Source: a virus
Taxonomy: Duplodnaviria; Caudoviricetes
DNA length: 34,938 nt
Direction: 5' to 3' (one strand)
Virus record (IMG/VR): IMGVR_UViG_3300023118_000124
Location: 1 to 34,938 of that record
A program made the position numbers and the translations under genes. Shown piece after piece: positions 24,659-32,102 of this stretch. Under the pieces are notes generated by a model. That model did not search any database and was not told the DNA's origin. It was given only the letters and a program-made list of their open reading frames with translations. Position 1 is the first letter of the stretch. Each line of letters opens with the position of its first letter.

Positions 24659-26265
24659 GTCGCGCGCCGAAAGTGCCAGAGCCGACGTTGCTGGATAAGG
24701 CCATCACCTGGCTCAGCCCCGAGCGCGGCGCCAAGCGCATGCACGCCCGGTTGACCATGACTGCCTTGGGCGGTTACAGCGGCGCGTCGAAGGCCAAGCG
24801 TTCGCTGAGCGCCTGGACCCCAACGGCGGGCAGTGCGGCGGCAGATCTGCTGCCCGATTTGCCCACGCTTCGCGAACGCTGCCGAGATCTAGAACGCAAC
24901 AACCCTATCGGCGGCGGTGCGATCAATACGGTGACGACTAAAACCGTCGGCACCGGCCTGGCGCTTAAGTCGGTGGTCAATCGGTCGATTTTGGGTTGGG
25001 ACGAAGACCAGGCCAGGGAGTGGCAGCGCAAAACCGAATCGCTGTTCAGGTCCTGGGCGGAAACCACCAGTTGCGACATCACCCGCGAGCAGAATTTTTA
25101 TGGCCTGCAGGACCTGACCTGGCGGTCGGTGTTGAGCAGCGGTGACGTCTTTACGTTGCTCACGCACAAAGAACAACCGGGTCAGCACTACTCGGCGTGC
25201 ATCCAACTGATTGAGGCAGACCGGGTTTGTAACCCAAGCAACAAGGCCGACACGGAAGCCCTCACCGCCGGCATTGAACGTGACGCGGATGGTGCGCCGA
25301 TCAAGGCTCACATTCTGCGCAGTCACCCGGGGGCATTGGGTGTTAAAGAGCGCGCCTGGGATGACCGTCCGTTCTTCAATGAGCGTGGCGGTCGCGTGCT
25401 GCTGCATGTGTACCGTCGCCGTCGAGTGGGCCAGCCACGCGGCGTGCCGTACCTGGCGCCGGTTATCGAAAAGCTCAAGCAGTTGGACCGTTACACCGAT
25501 GCCGAGCTGGAAGCGGCGGTGGTGTCTGCGTTCTTTGCCGTGTTCATCAAGCCGGGGCAGGGCGGCAATCTGAGCCCTCTGGCATCGGCCGTTAGCGGCA
25601 ACACCCCGGTGGGTGGCGATAGACCCGCAGGGAGAGACCAGGGCGGTTGGGATGGTTCACTCAGCGGCGGCATTGTCGCCGAGCTGGACGACGGTGCGTC
25701 CATCGATACCGCATCACCCGGTCGCCCGAACATGGCGTTCGATCCGTTCGTGCTCGCCATGCTTCGGCAGATCGGCATGGCCCTGGAGCTGCCCTATGAG
25801 GTGCTGATCAAGCACTTCACCGCCAGCTACACCGCCGCGCGTGCTGCGGTGATGGAGGCTTGGCAGTTCGTTCGTGGTTGCCGTGACTTCCTGGGTCAAC
25901 ATTTCTGCCAGCCCGTTTACGAGCATTGGCTTGAAGAGGCCGTGGCACAGGGAGACATCGAGGCTCCCGGTTTTTTCGACCACCCGTTGCTGCGCTATGC
26001 GTACAGCGGGTCGCTGTGGGTGGGTGATGGACCTGGCACCGTTGATCCTCTCAAAGACATCAATGCTGCCGAAAAGCGCATCGATATTGGCGTCAGCACG
26101 CTCGCCAAGGAATCCATGCTTTACGACGGCAGCGACTGGGAAGAGAACCACGAACAGCGTGCGCTTGAAGTGAAGCGTAGGCGCGATGACGGCCTATCCG
26201 TGTCACCAACGGCTCGCCCCGAGGATGAGCCTGCGGCCAATCCTGATCTTCCTGAACGGACCTAA
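24655..26265 (+). CDS. Portal protein (lambda gpB family)
   Basis: LRERCRDLERNN..GQPRGVPYLAPVI..YTAARAA..VDPLKD. Confidence 0.93.
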   Translation: MSRAPKVPEPTLLDKAITWLSPERGAKRMHARLTMTALGGYSGASKAKRSLSAWTPTAGSAAADLLPDLPTLRERCRDLERNNPIGGGAINTVTTKTVGTGLALKSVVNRSILGWDEDQAREWQRKTESLFRSWAETTSCDITREQNFYGLQDLTWRSVLSSGDVFTLLTHKEQPGQHYSACIQLIEADRVCNPSNKADTEALTAGIERDADGAPIKAHILRSHPGALGVKERAWDDRPFFNERGGRVLLHVYRRRRVGQPRGVPYLAPVIEKLKQLDRYTDAELEAAVVSAFFAVFIKPGQGGNLSPLASAVSGNTPVGGDRPAGRDQGGWDGSLSGGIVAELDDGASIDTASPGRPNMAFDPFVLAMLRQIGMALELPYEVLIKHFTASYTAARAAVMEAWQFVRGCRDFLGQHFCQPVYEHWLEEAVAQGDIEAPGFFDHPLLRYAYSGSLWVGDGPGTVDPLKDINAAEKRIDIGVSTLAKESMLYDGSDWEENHEQRALEVKRRRDDGLSVSPTARPEDEPAANPDLPERT

Positions 26266-26267
26266 CT

Positions 26268-27632
26268 ATGAGCGACAACCCAACCGATGCACCTCCCGTG
26301 CACCGGGTGACGGCGTTCGACTTGGTATCACGCGAGCCCTGGGCGATCACCCCGGACATGCTGCAGACCATCACCGCCATTGCCCGCCGGGAGCATGAAG
26401 GCCCGGAAGCCTTGGAGGCCAGGCAGGGCAAACCCTTGCAGAACAGCCGCGCGGTGACCCAACGCGGCAATGTGGCGTTGCTGCCCGTCACCGGCCCAGT
26501 GTTCCGCTACGCCAACTTGTTTACGGCGCTGTCCGGTGCGACGTCGCTGGATGTGCTGGCCAAGGAGTTCACTACCGCCGTCGACGATCCGCGCACCGAC
26601 ACCATCATCCTGGTGATGGATACCCCCGGTGGGATTGCCAGCGGCATCGCTGAATTCGGCCAGATGATCCGTGCATCGCCCAAGCGGGTGGTTGCGTATG
26701 TATCCGGCAACGCGGCCAGCGCTGGCTACTGGATAGCTGCCGCAGCCCATGAAATCGTCATGAGCCGCACCGGCGCCGTGGGCTCCATCGGCACGGTACT
26801 GACGGTGCGCAAAAGCGACGACGACGGCAGTTTTGAGATCGTCAGCAGCCAGAGCCCGAAAAAGCGCCCTGACTTCGGTACTGAGTCAGGCCGAGCGGTG
26901 GCCCAGGCGCACGTCGACCGGCTGACTGACATCTTTGTCGAGGACGTCGCCAATTACCGCGGCCTCAGTGTTGAAACCGTTTTGGCCGACTTCGGCCAGG
27001 GCGATATGCGGATTGGCTCCGATGCCGTGGCATTGGGTATGGCCAACCGTGAATCCACCCTTGAACAACTCATCGCCGAGTTCAACAGCAGTTCTTCTGG
27101 AGAAAGACCTATGTCTACTACCACCAACAGTAACGCACCCGCGCCGACTGCAGACAAACCTGTCATCAACCGCGAATACCTTGCCGCGAATCATGCCGAA
27201 CTGCTCGCCAGTCTGGAACATGACGCGCACGCCGCTGGTGCCGCCGCCGGTGCCCGCGCTGAGTGCGAACGCATCCAGGCGGTGGAAGCGGCCGCGCTGC
27301 CCGGGCATGAAGAGTTGATCGCCACGCTCAAGTTCGACGGCAAAACCAGCGGTGCCGAAGCGGCGGCGCAGGTTATCGGCGCCGAAAAAACCAAACGTGC
27401 CGGTGCTCTGGCCGACATTCGCACCCAGGCGCCTGCGCCGGTGCCCAACGTGTTGACGCCACCGGCAGCCCCTGAGGCTGTGAAGGAGGATCCAGAGGCG
27501 CCGCTGGAGGACCGCGCCAAGGCGACCTGGGACAGCGACAAGGAGCTGCGGGCCGAGTTTGGCACCTTCGAGGCCTATCACGGCTACCGCAAGGCCACCG
27601 AGCGTGGTCTGGTCAAGGTCCTGAAAAAGTAA
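26268..27632 (+). CDS. S49-family prohead protease with C-terminal scaffold region
   Basis: DTPGG, AASAGYWIA, VGSIG motifs. Confidence 0.92.
   Translation: MSDNPTDAPPVHRVTAFDLVSREPWAITPDMLQTITAIARREHEGPEALEARQGKPLQNSRAVTQRGNVALLPVTGPVFRYANLFTALSGATSLDVLAKEFTTAVDDPRTDTIILVMDTPGGIASGIAEFGQMIRASPKRVVAYVSGNAASAGYWIAAAAHEIVMSRTGAVGSIGTVLTVRKSDDDGSFEIVSSQSPKKRPDFGTESGRAVAQAHVDRLTDIFVEDVANYRGLSVETVLADFGQGDMRIGSDAVALGMANRESTLEQLIAEFNSSSSGERPMSTTTNSNAPAPTADKPVINREYLAANHAELLASLEHDAHAAGAAAGARAECERIQAVEAAALPGHEELIATLKFDGKTSGAEAAAQVIGAEKTKRAGALADIRTQAPAPVPNVLTPPAAPEAVKEDPEAPLEDRAKATWDSDKELRAEFGTFEAYHGYRKATERGLVKVLKK
27111..27632 (+). CDS. Putative nested in-frame scaffold protein (Nu3-like)
   Basis: Internal GGAG RBS + ATG (MSTTTNS) in protease frame; Ala-rich helical region. 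Confidence 0.6.
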   Translation: MSTTTNSNAPAPTADKPVINREYLAANHAELLASLEHDAHAAGAAAGARAECERIQAVEAAALPGHEELIATLKFDGKTSGAEAAAQVIGAEKTKRAGALADIRTQAPAPVPNVLTPPAAPEAVKEDPEAPLEDRAKATWDSDKELRAEFGTFEAYHGYRKATERGLVKVLKK

Positions 27633-27674
27633 GTACCGGGTAACCCCTTCCCACCCATGGCTCTGGAGAATCCT

Positions 27675-28091
27675 ATGCCTCTTACACTCGACACCCCCCG
27701 CGCTTACGAGATCGGGGAAATTAACGATCTATCGGTTGCGGCCGGCGTGCAGATTTTCGAAGGCTCGGCGGTTGGAATTGTTGCGGCTAACGGATTCGCA
27801 CGTCCCCTGACGGCAGGCGATCTGTTCGTGGGCTTCGCCGATCGCGGCGTCGACAATCGAATCGGTGCCGCTGCAGCAGCGCGCGTGCGTCTTCGCGAAG
27901 TGGGCAAAGTTGAACTGCTCGTCACTGCGCTGGCGATCACCGACATCGGTAAGCCGGTGTATGCCAGCGATAGCGGCACGTTTCTGCTAACCGCCGCTGG
28001 CAACAGCCTGATCGGGCATGTTCACCGATTCGTACGCACCGGCGTCGGCATCGTCAAGTTCACCGCCCAGGCCATCCCGGTAGCGGCCTGA
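27675..28091 (+). CDS. Capsid decoration/cement protein
   Basis: VAAGVQIFEGSAV..FVGFAD..DIGKPVYASD; GGAG RBS; between protease and capsid. Confidence 0.75.
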   Translation: MPLTLDTPRAYEIGEINDLSVAAGVQIFEGSAVGIVAANGFARPLTAGDLFVGFADRGVDNRIGAAAAARVRLREVGKVELLVTALAITDIGKPVYASDSGTFLLTAAGNSLIGHVHRFVRTGVGIVKFTAQAIPVAA

Positions 28092-28155
28092 CGCATCACT
28101 CAACCCGTTTTTTCAAACTTTCCTCTGACCGTATCCTTTTTCAGGAGAATCACCC

Positions 28156-29103
28156 ATGGGTGCTGAAGTACTTTCCAGCCGTGCCATCATCGGCATGTTT
28201 TACGAACTGCTCGAGCAGAATGTGGGGTCGAACTGGATCGACGCTGTGTCCAACCTGTTCGACTCCGACCAGGCCAAAGAAACCTATCCGTGGATCGGTA
28301 TGGTGCCGACCTTGCGTGAGTGGATTGGTGGTCGCCACGCCAAGGGCTTTATCAGCGCTGATCTCGAAATCGAAAACCTGCATTTTGAGGCCACCCTCGA
28401 AGTGCTGGTCACCGAGCTGCGCCGCGACAAAACCGGACAGTTGCGCATTCGCCTGGGCGAGCTGGCCGACCGCACTAACGCGCATTGGGCGCGACTGCTG
28501 TCGGTGCTGCTGCTTAACGGTGAAAGCCAGACCTGCTATGACGGCCAGTACTTCTTCGATACCGACCACGAAGAAGGCCAGAGCGGCGTGCAGTCCAACA
28601 AGATCACCACCGACATTTCCGAACTGCCAGCGACACTTCACGGGACGCCCAGTCGGCCGAGCGTTGAGGAGTTTCAGCAGGCGGTTGCCCGATCGGTCAC
28701 CCAGTTGACCAGCTTCAAGGATGACCAGGGCGAACCCATCAACGAACTGGCACGCGAGTTTCTGGTGATGGTGCCGTTCAACCTGCTGAGCGTTGCGCAG
28801 ACGGCGCTTAGCGTGCCGCGCGGTACCAACATCAGCGAGATCGTCATGCCGGACAACGTGGTTGTCCGCGTGGTGGGCAACGTGCGTCTCAACGCCTGGC
28901 AGGACAAATTCGTGACCTTCCGCACTGACGGTCGTTTGAAAGCGTTCATCCGCCAACAGGAAACCGACGTGGCCATGAAAGCCAAGGCCGAAGGCTCGGA
29001 GTACGAGTTCGACAACGATGCCCATCAATACGGCGTCGATACCTGGCGCAACGTGGGTTTTGGGCGCTGGCAGTACGCCGTTCTCAACCAACTGGTGGCG
29101 TAA
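28156..29103 (+). CDS. Major capsid protein (Mu gpT-like family)
   Basis: YPWIGMVPTLREWIGGR..FEATL..CYDGQYFFDTDH..GFGRWQYA. Confidence 0.88.
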   Translation: MGAEVLSSRAIIGMFYELLEQNVGSNWIDAVSNLFDSDQAKETYPWIGMVPTLREWIGGRHAKGFISADLEIENLHFEATLEVLVTELRRDKTGQLRIRLGELADRTNAHWARLLSVLLLNGESQTCYDGQYFFDTDHEEGQSGVQSNKITTDISELPATLHGTPSRPSVEEFQQAVARSVTQLTSFKDDQGEPINELAREFLVMVPFNLLSVAQTALSVPRGTNISEIVMPDNVVVRVVGNVRLNAWQDKFVTFRTDGRLKAFIRQQETDVAMKAKAEGSEYEFDNDAHQYGVDTWRNVGFGRWQYAVLNQLVA

Positions 29104-29138
29104 CCCTTCCGGCCTGACACCTCACTGAGGGCATTGAT

Positions 29139-29387
29139 ATGCCGAAATACCGCGTGGAACAGACGATCACCCTTTATGGGGGTGAGCTGATCCTGAATGC
29201 GGCCCAGGCCAGTGCGCGTGCGCACAACCTGGAGCCGGTTGAAAACAAGAAGGGTCGCTACACCATTGTGTCGCCCGTTCAGTTCAAAGCCGGGGAGGTG
29301 ATTGTGATCCCCGGTGAACCGGACAAGGCGTTGGGGCAGCGGTTGTCGAAATTGGACAAGGTCGTAGGAGAGCGGAATGCCGAATAA
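29139..29387 (+). CDS. Hypothetical head-region protein
   Basis: 82-aa ORF, GAGG RBS. Confidence 0.65.
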   Translation: MPKYRVEQTITLYGGELILNAAQASARAHNLEPVENKKGRYTIVSPVQFKAGEVIVIPGEPDKALGQRLSKLDKVVGERNAE

Positions 29388-29586
29388 ATCCTACACGGTG
29401 CTATCCGGCTCCTTTCGCGGGCCAGATGACAAACTGACCGGCCCGGGGGGCGTGATCGAGTTGCCTGACGACGTGGCCCAGCGCTTTCGCCACCAGTTGG
29501 AAGTGTTGGCGGTCGAGCCGGCACTGGCCCCTTCCGCTGCGGCTGAGGGAGGACGTAAGACCGTCAAGGTGAGCCCTGATGCTTGA
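29377..29586 (+). CDS. Hypothetical head-region protein
   Basis: 69-aa ORF, AGGAG RBS, overlaps neighbours. Confidence 0.6.
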   Translation: MPNKSYTVLSGSFRGPDDKLTGPGGVIELPDDVAQRFRHQLEVLAVEPALAPSAAAEGGRKTVKVSPDA

Positions 29587-29866
29587 CGAAGATCTCAGGG
29601 AATTCCTTGAGGACTTTGACGTCGGCGGTATGGTTGATGGTCAACCGTTTCTGGCTGCGCGGGATATGCCGGACGAGATCCACGGGATGGGCGGCACCAA
29701 CAGCCAGTCGACTGGCTACGAGATCCTGATCATCACAGCCGAGGCCGAACGCCTGGGCATCGACAACCCCAAACTGATCACCGTCGCCGGCGTAAATTTT
29801 CGCGTCCGTGACCGCCGGATGATCGATGACGGCGCCTTTAGCCTGGCCTCCCTCACCAAGGTTTAA
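29579..29866 (+). CDS. Head-tail joining protein
   Basis: MLDEDLREFLEDF..ITVAGVNFRVRD..DDG; position. Confidence 0.7.
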   Translation: MLDEDLREFLEDFDVGGMVDGQPFLAARDMPDEIHGMGGTNSQSTGYEILIITAEAERLGIDNPKLITVAGVNFRVRDRRMIDDGAFSLASLTKV

Positions 29867-29871
29867 CCCTC

Positions 29872-30324
29872 ATGCCCTCGATCCAAGAACGCATCGTCGC
29901 AAAGGCGCAGGCGCTGATTCTGGCCGCCGATACGTTGGCGGCAGACCGGGTGTATCGCAGTCGTACTGAGGCGATCAGACGGGACATGACGCCAGCGATC
30001 GTGCTGCGCCCTGATCTTGAAACGTGTGAGTGCGAAAGCGCTGCAGTGGACCGCAACCAGTTCGAGCTGACGGTGGAAATCCTCGCCCGGGAGGACACGG
30101 TCACAGGTGCTGCCTGGGACCAGGTGGCCGACTTGGTCAAGGTTGCCGTGCATGCGGTCCTGATGGCAGAGGACGCCTTTGAGGAGGCGGATCGGGTGCA
30201 GCGCTTCTATATCGACTGGATCGAGGACGAATGCGATAACACCGCCGGCAACTGCATGGTGCGTTACCGCTTCACCTACCTATGCAACACCGGCGACCTG
30301 ACGGCCGGACCTACTTTTTACTGA
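29872..30324 (+). CDS. Tail terminator-like protein
   Basis: SIQERIV..RVYRSR..PAIV; before tail tube. Confidence 0.7.
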   Translation: MPSIQERIVAKAQALILAADTLAADRVYRSRTEAIRRDMTPAIVLRPDLETCECESAAVDRNQFELTVEILAREDTVTGAAWDQVADLVKVAVHAVLMAEDAFEEADRVQRFYIDWIEDECDNTAGNCMVRYRFTYLCNTGDLTAGPTFY

Positions 30325-30334
30325 GGAACACATT

Positions 30335-31090
30335 ATGCAAATCGCATTCGGCAGCGGGTTGTTTTACGCCACTCCGCTGATGGACGCTTATGGCAATGCC
30401 ATTTCCGCGCCGACTCCCATCCTGCTGGGCATCATGCAAGAAGCATCGGTGGACCTGTCGTTTGATTCTAAAGAATTGTTCGGCAGCGAGCAGTTTGCGG
30501 TTGACGCGGCGCGGGGCCAGGGCAAGCTGACGGGCAAGGCCAAGTCCGCCCAGATAAGCCTGCTGCAGTGGAATCAACTGGTGTTTGGGCAGACCTTGAT
30601 CACCGGCCAGGTGCTAGTCCATCACGCGACGGTACCCACGGTGATCCCAGCAGGGGCCACGATAAGCGTGTCGCCCCCAGCGGGCGGGACGCTCTCCGGT
30701 GATCTTGGGGTACGGGGGGCCGGTGCGATCCCTTACGTACGGGTATTGAGCGCGCCGACAGTTGGGCAGTACACCTTTGATGCCGCAACGGGGGAATATG
30801 CATTTGCCGCTGCAGACGTGGCCAAGTCGGTGTTCATTGATTACCGCTACACCGTTACGACGGGCAAAAGCCTGTCGGTGAAAAACCTGCCCATGGGCGA
30901 CATGCCGGTGTTCCAGGGCGAGTTGGTCCTGAAATACAAGGGAAAGACCGTGTATGTGCGCGTACCTAATTTCGTCAGCAACAAGCTAGGCATCGCCACC
31001 AAACAGGACGACTACGCCATCCCGGACTTTGAATTCACCGGCTACGCGGATGAGTTTGGGGAGGTTTGCTATTGGAGTGCCAACGAATGA
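30335..31090 (+). CDS. Major tail (tube) protein
   Basis: FGSG..SVDLSFDSKELFG..KQDDYAIPDFEF; before chaperone and tape measure. Confidence 0.8.
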   Translation: MQIAFGSGLFYATPLMDAYGNAISAPTPILLGIMQEASVDLSFDSKELFGSEQFAVDAARGQGKLTGKAKSAQISLLQWNQLVFGQTLITGQVLVHHATVPTVIPAGATISVSPPAGGTLSGDLGVRGAGAIPYVRVLSAPTVGQYTFDAATGEYAFAAADVAKSVFIDYRYTVTTGKSLSVKNLPMGDMPVFQGELVLKYKGKTVYVRVPNFVSNKLGIATKQDDYAIPDFEFTGYADEFGEVCYWSANE

Positions 31091-31434
31091 ACGTCGTAAA
31101 TGTGCCTGGAGTTTCGTTTCCGTTTCCAGGGAAAACGCTCGTCATCCCACCCCTGGCGCTGGGGGATCTGGAGCAACTGCTGGAGCGGATCAACGCGGTA
31201 ATGGCCGGCAATATGGACCGGGACAGTATCGCCACGGTGATCGATGCCACCCATGCAGCATTGCGTCGGAACTACCCGGACATTGAGCGTGCAGAGGTGG
31301 CAGCGCTGCTGGACCTTCGCAACATGCGTGACGCGTTGGATGCTGTTATGAGCGCCTCGGGCTTGGAGGTCACAGAGTCCGCAGCGGGGGAAGGATTGGC
31401 CCCTTCGACTGGGGCCAACTCTACGCTCACCTGA
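31087..31434 (+). CDS. Tail assembly chaperone (G-like)
   Basis: ATGA-coupled start MNVVNVPG; ALRRNYPD; slippery site near 3' end. Confidence 0.8.
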   Translation: MNVVNVPGVSFPFPGKTLVIPPLALGDLEQLLERINAVMAGNMDRDSIATVIDATHAALRRNYPDIERAEVAALLDLRNMRDALDAVMSASGLEVTESAAGEGLAPSTGANSTLT

Positions 31435-31697
31435 TCGCCAGTACCGGGCAAAGCCCGGTCACGCTTCGACGTGATTGGGACATGGTCATGGTTGGGCATA
31501 TGACTGATTACTGGCGTAGCTATCCGCCGGTTCATGTTCTAGTCGCTGGCTATATGGGCTACAAACCGGATCGAGATCTCACAGATGCGCCTTATTTTGC
31601 AGAAGCCCTTACAGGTATTGCTGCTGATCTGCGTGATGAATTACCTGAACATCTCCGGAGCGCTCTAGACAACTTTTTTAAGAGTAATAATTGTTAG
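31386..31697 (+). CDS. -1 frameshift extension of tail chaperone (GT-like)
   Basis: GGGGGAA at 31386-31392; -1 frame open: GRIGPFDWGQLYAHLIASTGQ..DYWRSYPPVHVLVAGYMGYKP to TAG 31697. Confidence 0.75.
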   Translation, partial: GGRIGPFDWGQLYAHLIASTGQSPVTLRRDWDMVMVGHMTDYWRSYPPVHVLVAGYMGYKPDRDLTDAPYFAEALTGIAADLRDELPEHLRSALDNFFKSNNC

Positions 31698-31903
31698 CCT
31701 ACGAGTTCAGTACCGGTGATAAAGCTAACGGCACTAATATGCTTGTGTAACAGGACAGTCTTCCCGTTACGTTCAATCTCAACTAGAACGTAGTCTTCTG
31801 AAACTGCGGCTATTCTTCCAGAGAATAGGTCGCCTGCAAATTCAAAAAGCGCTCTTACGTCTTGGTTGTGCATGTGTTTAAGTTTTTCTTTAAATGCCGG
31901 CAT
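31694..31903 (-). CDS. Hfq/Sm-like small protein (moron)
   Basis: AGDLFSGRIAAVSEDYVLV (Sm1-like) and LLHKHISAV (cf. Hfq YKHAISTV); CAGGA RBS; AT-rich, antisense to tail genes. Confidence 0.65.
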   Translation of the reverse strand: MPAFKEKLKHMHNQDVRALFEFAGDLFSGRIAAVSEDYVLVEIERNGKTVLLHKHISAVSFITGTELVG

Positions 31904-32102
31904 AGTGTTTCCTGAGATAACTCTCTGTATCGTTTAAATGTGTAGCTTTTCCAGCTTGCATGTGTGTTAGGCATGCCTGGTTGTTAAAAGTTTAAAAAGA
32001 ATTATTTTACGATGTTGCTGAATTTTGACTATTTTGAGAGCGCTTATTATTTGGTTTTGTTTCGCGTTTCTTTGGGGCTCGGTGTTTGAATGAGGTAGCG
32101 GT

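Noticed and set aside
28150-29091. 313-aa minus ORF
   Set aside because: Shadow of the major capsid gene
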